In this document: positions 57,612 to 64,000 of the stretch, piece after piece
Layout of the letters: each line of letters opens with the position of its first letter
How positions within the stretch are numbered: the first letter of the stretch is position 1
NCBI GenBank assembly: GCA_965208325.1
Contig: OZ242326.1
Span: 4,288,001 to 4,352,000 of the forward strand
DNA: 64,000 nt
Source of the DNA: Candidatus Poribacteria bacterium
GTDB taxonomy: Bacteria > Poribacteria > WGA-4E > PCPOR2b
Reading direction: 5' to 3'
The notes under the pieces: model-generated
Database searches by the model: none
What the model was told of the DNA's origin: nothing
The model's input: the letters and a program-made list of their open reading frames with translations, nothing else
Made by a program: the position numbers and the translations under genes

Positions 57612-57744
57612 CGAAGGATCAAGCGACCGAACAGGAACCGCGATAGTCTCCAAATAATCACTAGCCTTAGGGGAAATAAAACTCTTTTTAAATTACCGCA
57701 AAATTGACTTGTTCAGCGTAATTCAGTGAAGAGGTGTTTTCAAA

Positions 57745-58290
57745 ATGCGCGAAAAAACACAGGTAATGACGTCCGAGGATATTCGACGTGCGTTGACCCG
57801 AATATCACATGAGATTGTGGAGCACAATCATCGAGAAATTGCCGATCTCGCGCTGATTGGGATTAAGAGCCGCGGGGATCACTTGGCACACCGCATTGCA
57901 AAAAACTTGGAAACTATTGAAAATATTGAAGTCCCGGTGGGCGTAGTTGACGTGCGATTGTATCGAGATGATGTCAATCTGTACGAAGAAGAGATAAAAA
58001 TTAACCGGACGGACATCCCGTTCAGCGTTGAAGGTAAATGCGTGATTCTGGTAGATGAAGTTATCTACACCGGACGCACAATCCGCGCCGCGATGGATGC
58101 CGTCATGGATTTTGGACGTCCTGCGGCAATTCGACTTGCAGTGCTCATCGATCGAGGACATCGTGAACTGCCAATCTCCGCGAATTATGTTGGCAAAAAT
58201 ATCCCGACATCGCGAAAGGAAATTGTGCGTGTCCAATTGGTCGAAGAGCACGGGTCGGATCGAGCGGCGATTTATGAGGGCGGCGAATGA
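57745..58290 (+). CDS. pyrR: Bifunctional pyr operon regulator / uracil phosphoribosyltransferase
   Basis: RALTRISHEIVE, YRDD, VDEVIYTGRTIRAAMDA, DRGHRELPI. Confidence 0.96.
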   Translation: MREKTQVMTSEDIRRALTRISHEIVEHNHREIADLALIGIKSRGDHLAHRIAKNLETIENIEVPVGVVDVRLYRDDVNLYEEEIKINRTDIPFSVEGKCVILVDEVIYTGRTIRAAMDAVMDFGRPAAIRLAVLIDRGHRELPISANYVGKNIPTSRKEIVRVQLVEEHGSDRAAIYEGGE

Positions 58291-59576
58291 ATCGGATTCT
58301 CATCTGCAATGGCCACATCGTTGATCCCGCCAATCAGGTTGATTCGATTCAGAATCTACTCATCTGCGGCGGAAAAATCGCCCAAATTGGGGAACGAATT
58401 GAAGTTGAAGCGGATAGGGTTATTGATGCGGAGGGATTGATCGTTACGCCGGGATTGATTGACATGCATGTCCATCTGCGGGAACCCGGTTTTGAGCACA
58501 AAGAAACCATCAAATCGGGCACCCGTGCGGCAGCCGCGGGTGGATTTACATCGGTTGCCTGTATGGCGAATACGCAACCGGTTGCTGATTCCCCGGAGGT
58601 CATTCGATTTATCCGGTCGCAAGCTGAAAAAAGCGGTGTCGCTAACGTGTTCCCCATCGGCAGCATCACAAAAAACCTCACGGGGGAAGAAGTTACCGAT
58701 GTTCCTGCATTGCTAGAAGCCGGAGCGGTCGCATTGTCCGATGATGGCAAAACCGTCATGAACGCCGCGCTTATGCGCGAGGTGTTAGCCTGGAGCGCGC
58801 AACTCGGCTTTCCCGTTGCAGTCCACTGCGAAGAACACAATCTGAATGCGGGCACGGTGATGAACCTCGGCGAAACCTCGAACAGGCTGAATCTGCCCGG
58901 CAGTCCCAACGCAGCGGAAGACATTATAGCCGCCCGTGACATTATGCTTGCCGAGTTAACTGGCGGACATCTCCACGTTTTACACGTCAGCACCGCTGGA
59001 ACCGTCGAGCTAGTTCGGTGGGGAAAGCGCAGGGGCGTCCATGTAACAGCTGAAGCTACACCGCACCATTTCGCGCTCACCGAAGCCGCTGTCGAAGAGC
59101 ACGGAGCAAACGCAAAAATGCACCCACCCTTGCGAACCGAGGCGGACGTTCGCGCAGTGATTGATGGGCTGATTGATGGAACGCTTGATGCAATTGCTAC
59201 TGACCATGCTCCTCACGCTCCGATTGAGAAAGCGCAGGGGATGAACGACGCTCCCCCCGGCATCGTCGGGTCGGAAACTTGCGTTCCGCTAGTTTTCACT
59301 AAACTCATTGATTCTGGGCGGCTCACGCTATCGAAAGCCATTGCAAAGATGACGTGTACCCCAGCGAAAATTTTGAATATCGACCGCGGTACCCTCTCCA
59401 TCGGCGCGGCCGCTGACGTAACGCTAATCGATCCAAAACGAGAAGTTAAAGTTGTTCCGGCACAATTCGTGTCCAAAAGCCGTAATACGCCTTTCGGCGG
59501 CTGGGCGTTGAAGGGTTGCCCCGTGATGACCATTCGTGACGGAGAAGTGACGCATTCCGTCCTCAATGACGGCTGA
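58287..59576 (+). CDS. pyrC: Dihydroorotase
   Basis: DMHVHLREPG, SDDG, HCEE, HVST, PPLR, ATDHAPH, SKSRNTPF. Confidence 0.96.
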   Translation: MNRILICNGHIVDPANQVDSIQNLLICGGKIAQIGERIEVEADRVIDAEGLIVTPGLIDMHVHLREPGFEHKETIKSGTRAAAAGGFTSVACMANTQPVADSPEVIRFIRSQAEKSGVANVFPIGSITKNLTGEEVTDVPALLEAGAVALSDDGKTVMNAALMREVLAWSAQLGFPVAVHCEEHNLNAGTVMNLGETSNRLNLPGSPNAAEDIIAARDIMLAELTGGHLHVLHVSTAGTVELVRWGKRRGVHVTAEATPHHFALTEAAVEEHGANAKMHPPLRTEADVRAVIDGLIDGTLDAIATDHAPHAPIEKAQGMNDAPPGIVGSETCVPLVFTKLIDSGRLTLSKAIAKMTCTPAKILNIDRGTLSIGAAADVTLIDPKREVKVVPAQFVSKSRNTPFGGWALKGCPVMTIRDGEVTHSVLNDG

Positions 59577-59679
59577 TTCCATAGAAACAGGATAATTTCA
59601 TAAGCAGGCGCACACCATTCCGTCTAATGCACAACACGCACAAAGACTTCCGCTCCCAGTGTTGAGGTGATTCAAAATA

Positions 59680-60852
59680 ATGAGAGCAGTATTAGCATTA
59701 GCAGACGGCACAATTTACGAAGGCGAACATTTCGGCGCCGCCGGGGAGTCCGTCGGCGAGGTTGTCTTCAATACAAGTATGACGGGTTATCAAGAAATCC
59801 TCACGGATCCATCCTATAAAGGACAGATTGTGGCGATGACATATCCGTTAATCGGAAATTACGGCTGCAATGATGTTGATGTTGAATCAATTGTCCCGCA
59901 GGTCGAAGGATTTGTAGTGCGTGAATATAGTGCGCACTATAGTAATTGGCGCTCCCGCCGCAGCCTGGGTACCTACCTAGAAGAGAATGGAGTTATCGGA
60001 ATCCACGGTGTCGATACTCGCGCCTTAACCAAAAGGCTTAGAGTTCACGGCGTTATGAATGGGGTTCTATCGTCGGAAAGTTCTGACACTCGGCAACTTA
60101 TTGCAAAAGCGCGGGCGTGGCAGGGGTTGATAGGCGCAGACTTAGTTAAACGTGTGACCTGCCCAAATCCGTACTTGTGGAAGGATTCCAATCCGCATCC
60201 GAATTCTCTACCTCATTCAGATTGCTACAAGCGCCAGTGCAGCCCGCAAATGACAATTGATTTCGATTCATCGCCAGTCGGAGCCGTAACGGAGCCGCAG
60301 TTTCGTGTTATCGCAATGGACTTCGGGATAAAGTACAATATTTTGCGCCAACTAACTCAACACGGTTGTCAAGTGCAGGTTGTTCCAGCCCAAACCAAGG
60401 CGGAAGAGATTCTTGCGGCGAACCCTGATGGTATCTTTTTGTCGAACGGCCCCGGCGACCCGGACGCAGTTGATTATGCACTTGAGACAATCAAGAAACT
60501 CATTGGCAGAAAGCCAATCTTCGGTATCTGTTTGGGCCATCAACTATTAGGACTTGCGCTCGGGGGAAAGAGATTCAAACTCAAATTTGGACATCGAGGC
60601 GCAAATCAGCCGGTCAAACGGCTTGAAACTGACAAGGTAGAAATTACCGCCCAAAACCACGGTTTCTGTGTGGACATCGACTCATTGCCAAACACTGTAG
60701 AGATTACACACCTAAATCTGAATGACAATACCCTCGAAGGAATTCGGCATTTGGAACATCCCGTTTTCGCCGTACAGTATCATCCGGAAGCGTCGCCCGG
60801 CCCTCATGATGCAAGTTATCTTTTCGAGCAATTTACGGACCTTATGAAATGA
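59680..60852 (+). CDS. carA: Carbamoyl-phosphate synthase small subunit
   Basis: EVVFNTSMTGYQEILTDPSY, SNGPGDP, GICLGHQ, QYHPEASPGP. Confidence 0.97.
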   Translation: MRAVLALADGTIYEGEHFGAAGESVGEVVFNTSMTGYQEILTDPSYKGQIVAMTYPLIGNYGCNDVDVESIVPQVEGFVVREYSAHYSNWRSRRSLGTYLEENGVIGIHGVDTRALTKRLRVHGVMNGVLSSESSDTRQLIAKARAWQGLIGADLVKRVTCPNPYLWKDSNPHPNSLPHSDCYKRQCSPQMTIDFDSSPVGAVTEPQFRVIAMDFGIKYNILRQLTQHGCQVQVVPAQTKAEEILAANPDGIFLSNGPGDPDAVDYALETIKKLIGRKPIFGICLGHQLLGLALGGKRFKLKFGHRGANQPVKRLETDKVEITAQNHGFCVDIDSLPNTVEITHLNLNDNTLEGIRHLEHPVFAVQYHPEASPGPHDASYLFEQFTDLMK

Positions 60853-60933
60853 AAAGCGATCAATCGAACGACGAGCGGGTGCGATGGTCTTCGGAAGACT
60901 ATTGCCATTTGCTCAATTAATGCGACGAAGACC

Positions 60934-63900
60934 ATGCCTAAGCGAACCGACATTGAGAAGATTTTAATCATCGGCTCCGGACCCATTATTATTGGGCAGG
61001 CCTGTGAATTTGACTATTCCGGGGCGCAAGCCTGCAAAGCCTTGCAAGAGGAAGGATTTGAGATTGTTCTGGTGAACAGTAATCCGGCGACGATCATGAC
61101 TGACCCGGAATTTGCAGACAGAACTTATATTGAGCCGATTACGGCGGATGTGGTCGAACGGATCATCGCGAGCGAACGTCCTGACGCCTTGCTGCCAACG
61201 TTGGGAGGCCAAACCGGGTTAAACGTCTCAGTTGAACTTGCGGAAGCCGGCGTGCTAGACACGTATAAGGTTGAATTGATTGGCGCGAAGCTTGAGGCTA
61301 TCAAAAAGGCAGAAGATCGCGAACTCTTTAAGCGGTCAATGCAGCGAATCGGATTGTCGGTACCAAATAGCGGCGTCGTGCATTCCGTTGAAGACGCCGT
61401 AAGTGTAGTTTCTTCAATTGGATACCCCGCAATTATCCGTCCGGCGTTCACACTGGGCGGAACAGGCGGCGGCATTGCGTATAACATCGAAGAGTTTCAG
61501 GTGATGGTCGAACATGGCTTGGCATTGAGTCCAGTCAATGAGGTTTTAATTGAAGAGTCAGTAATTGGGTGGAAAGAATTTGAACTAGAGGTGATGCGCG
61601 ATCATGCGGATAATGTCGTGATTATCTGTTCAATTGAAAATGTTGACCCAATGGGCATCCATACGGGTGATAGCATTACAGTTGCGCCTGTCCAGACGTT
61701 GACAGACAAAGAATATCAGAAGATGCGAGATGCAGCCATCAAGATAATCAGAGAAATAGGCGTAGATACGGGCGGCTCAAATGTCCAATTCGCCGTCCAC
61801 CCTCAGACAGGAGAACAGGTCGTCATCGAAATGAATCCGCGCGTTTCGAGGAGTTCTGCACTCGCGTCCAAAGCCACAGGATTTCCAATCGCCAAGATTG
61901 CGGCAAAACTTGCAGTTGGCTATACGCTTGATGAAATTCCCAACGACATCACCCGCCAAACCCCGGCTTCCTTTGAGCCTACAATTGATTACGTTGTCGT
62001 CAAAATCCCGCGTTGGGCGTTCGAAAAATTTCCGGATGCCGATGGAACCCTGACCACCCAGATGAAATCGGTCGGAGAAGCGATGGCAATCGGGCGGACT
62101 TTCAAAGAGGCTTTGCAGAAAGGCTTACGTTCGTTGGAAACAGGGTGGTATGGGCTTGGAGATCGGCACGTACAAAATCTCCCAGTTTCTGAATTGCCCG
62201 AAAAACTGACCTTTCCGAACGTTGAACGGCTCTTTTATATCAAACAGGCCTTCCAAGGCGGTATGAGTGTAGACCAGGTGTACGGCCATACAAAAATAGA
62301 TCCCTTCTTTTTGTATAACGTCAAGGAGATAGTCGATTTTGAAATGCACCTGACGACACAGGGAAGGGAGGAAATGAAAAAATCAACATCAGGATCGCGT
62401 GTTGTCCCATTGCCTCGCGAGTTGATGTCCCTGCTCCGCAAGTCGAAACAGTATGGATTTTCAGACCGCCAGGTTGCCGGGCTATGGGATGTTTCTGAAT
62501 CAGACGTCAGGTTGTTGCGGAAGAAAGCTGGAATCGAAGCAACATATAAGACGGTTGATACATGCGCCGCTGAATTTGAGGCGGTAACACCCTACTACTA
62601 TTCAACTTATAGCAGCGAGGATGAAGTTCGCCCAACTTCTAAAAGCAAGATTATCATTTTGGGCGGGGGGCCAAATCGGATTGGCCAGGGAATTGAGTTT
62701 GACTATTGTTGCGTTCACGCAGCTATGGCGCTTAAGGAAGATGGATTTGAGACGATTATGGTCAATAGCAATCCTGAAACGGTGAGTACAGACTACGATA
62801 CCTCGGACCGTCTGTATTTTGAACCGCTCACGCTTGAAGATGTGTTGAACATTATCGATCGCGAGCAACCTGACGGCGTTATCGTTCAATTCGGCGGGCA
62901 AACCCCCTTGAATCTTGCACTTGCACTCAAAGACGCAGGCGTACGCATTATCGGAACCAGTCCCGATGACATTGCGCGGTCGGAAGATCGAAAATTGTTC
63001 AAAGCTGTATTGGATGAAATAGGTCTGGTACAACCGCCAAACGGAACTGCAACATCGATTGAAGAAGCCAAACCAATCGCCGCGTCACTTGGCTATCCAG
63101 TCATTGTTCGCCCCTCGTATGTTCTCGGCGGGCGCGCAATGCAGATTGTCTACGACCAAACCCTGTTGCAGGAATACATGGACTCCGCAGTTGCCGCTTC
63201 ACCCGAACATCCGGTTTTAATCGACAAGTATTTGGAAGATGCAATCGAGGTGGATGTCGACGCAATTTCAGACGGCAGAACAACCCTCGTCGGGGGTATC
63301 ATGGAGCACATTGAAGAAGCTGGAATCCATTCCGGAGACAGTGATTGCGTGCTGCCCCCTTATACTCTTGTGGAAGAACAACTTGGCGAACTGAAACGGT
63401 ATACTTACGCGCTGGCAAAGGCACTCAACGTTCGTGGACTGATGAACGTTCAGTATGCTATCAAGAACAACGAAATCTATGTGTTGGAGGTCAACCCGCG
63501 CGCCTCACGGACTATACCGTTTGTCAGCAAAGCGATTGGGGTACCGTTGGCAAAACATGCGGCGCGGATTATGGCGGGAAAAACCCTAGAGGAAATCGGA
63601 TTTACCGAAGAAATCGAAAGGAACTATTTCTGTGTGAAAGCCCCCGTATTTCCGTTCAATCGCTTTCCGGGAGCAAATTCGCAACTTGGGCCCGAGATGA
63701 AATCGACAGGCGAGGTGATGGGCATCGACGAAGATCTTTCTCAAGCATTTGCCAAAGCACAAAAGGCGTGCGGCTACTCCTTGCCCGTCAATGGACGGGC
63801 GTTCATCAGCGTCAAAAACAAAGATAAGCGCGCAATCATATTTATCGCCAAGAAGCTCTCTGACATTGGATTTCAATTGATAGCAACTCACGGAACGGCA

Positions 63901-64000
63901 AAGGTGTTGCGTAGGAATGGGTTGGAGGTTTCGTTAGTCCATAGTATAGGAAAAGGACGCCCCACAATTCACGACTATGTTAAAAATCAAGATGTAGACC
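60934..64000 (+). CDS. carB: Carbamoyl-phosphate synthase large subunit (runs off the window end)
   Basis: Begins [30 protein letters not shown]; same frame at the window end ([15 protein letters not shown]); absent from the ORF track because no stop falls in the window. Confidence 0.96.
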   Translation, partial: MPKRTDIEKILIIGSGPIIIGQACEFDYSGAQACKALQEEGFEIVLVNSNPATIMTDPEFADRTYIEPITADVVERIIASERPDALLPTLGGQTGLNVSVELAEAGVLDTYKVELIGAKLEAIKKAEDRELFKRSMQRIGLSVPNSGVVHSVEDAVSVVSSIGYPAIIRPAFTLGGTGGGIAYNIEEFQVMVEHGLALSPVNEVLIEESVIGWKEFELEVMRDHADNVVIICSIENVDPMGIHTGDSITVAPVQTLTDKEYQKMRDAAIKIIREIGVDTGGSNVQFAVHPQTGEQVVIEMNPRVSRSSALASKATGFPIAKIAAKLAVGYTLDEIPNDITRQTPASFEPTIDYVVVKIPRWAFEKFPDADGTLTTQMKSVGEAMAIGRTFKEALQKGLRSLETGWYGLGDRHVQNLPVSELPEKLTFPNVERLFYIKQAFQGGMSVDQVYGHTKIDPFFLYNVKEIVDFEMHLTTQGREEMKKSTSGSRVVPLPRELMSLLRKSKQYGFSDRQVAGLWDVSESDVRLLRKKAGIEATYKTVDTCAAEFEAVTPYYYSTYSSEDEVRPTSKSKIIILGGGPNRIGQGIEFDYCCVHAAMALKEDGFETIMVNSNPETVSTDYDTSDRLYFEPLTLEDVLNIIDREQPDGVIVQFGGQTPLNLALALKDAGVRIIGTSPDDIARSEDRKLFKAVLDEIGLVQPPNGTATSIEEAKPIAASLGYPVIVRPSYVLGGRAMQIVYDQTLLQEYMDSAVAASPEHPVLIDKYLEDAIEVDVDAISDGRTTLVGGIMEHIEEAGIHSGDSDCVLPPYTLVEEQLGELKRYTYALAKALNVRGLMNVQYAIKNNEIYVLEVNPRASRTIPFVSKAIGVPLAKHAARIMAGKTLEEIGFTEEIERNYFCVKAPVFPFNRFPGANSQLGPEMKSTGEVMGIDEDLSQAFAKAQKACGYSLPVNGRAFISVKNKDKRAIIFIAKKLSDIGFQLIATHGTAKVLRRNGLEVSLVHSIGKGRPTIHDYVKNQDVD

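Noticed and set aside
60181..60300. CarA linker insertion (and similar loops in RqcH and CarB) as in-frame REP insertions
   Set aside because: No palindrome or REP motif in the DNA; this linker is naturally variable.

Overview
A ~50% GC bacterial chromosomal segment, mostly housekeeping genes, from a diderm organism (SurA-like, LolA-like and beta-barrel genes). The protein style is reminiscent of Candidatus Poribacteria, but that is inference only. In order: a truncated hypothetical gene with an inserted CBM-like domain; an 11-gene complex I operon (nuoABCDHIJKLMN, no nuoEFG) behind a Rex/CRP-type palindrome; tRNA-Gln and tRNA-Glu; RecQ, DnaJ-TPR, ELM1-like, STAS, RqcH and DUF815 genes; argF, a J-domain protein and sodA; a complete T-box leader before ilvBNC; OGG1, ZapB-like, GT4, SurA-like and DoxX genes; a cluster of GTAG-type REP elements and MITEs around a non-canonical dprA; a vWA gene with a sigma54-type promoter; a TPAT (TatT-DctPQM) transporter; MATE, methyltransferase and matrixin-TPR genes; two dehydrogenases; a LolA-like/ABC/beta-barrel module interrupted by an RHH-YoeB toxin-antitoxin pair; a decayed NrS-1-type primase fragment; and a PyrR-attenuated operon (HD nucleotidase, pyrR, pyrC, carA, carB) lacking pyrB. 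Most notable: (i) the N-module-less complex I whose NuoI carries a ~55-aa inserted beta-rich domain; (ii) T-box, PyrR and probable Rex regulation together in a diderm; (iii) nested MITE/REP elements, one with a reconstructable empty site; (iv) an HD nucleotidase as first gene of the pyr attenuation unit. No CRISPR array, rRNA or intact transposase/integrase was seen. All calls come from reading motifs by eye; no database searches were run.
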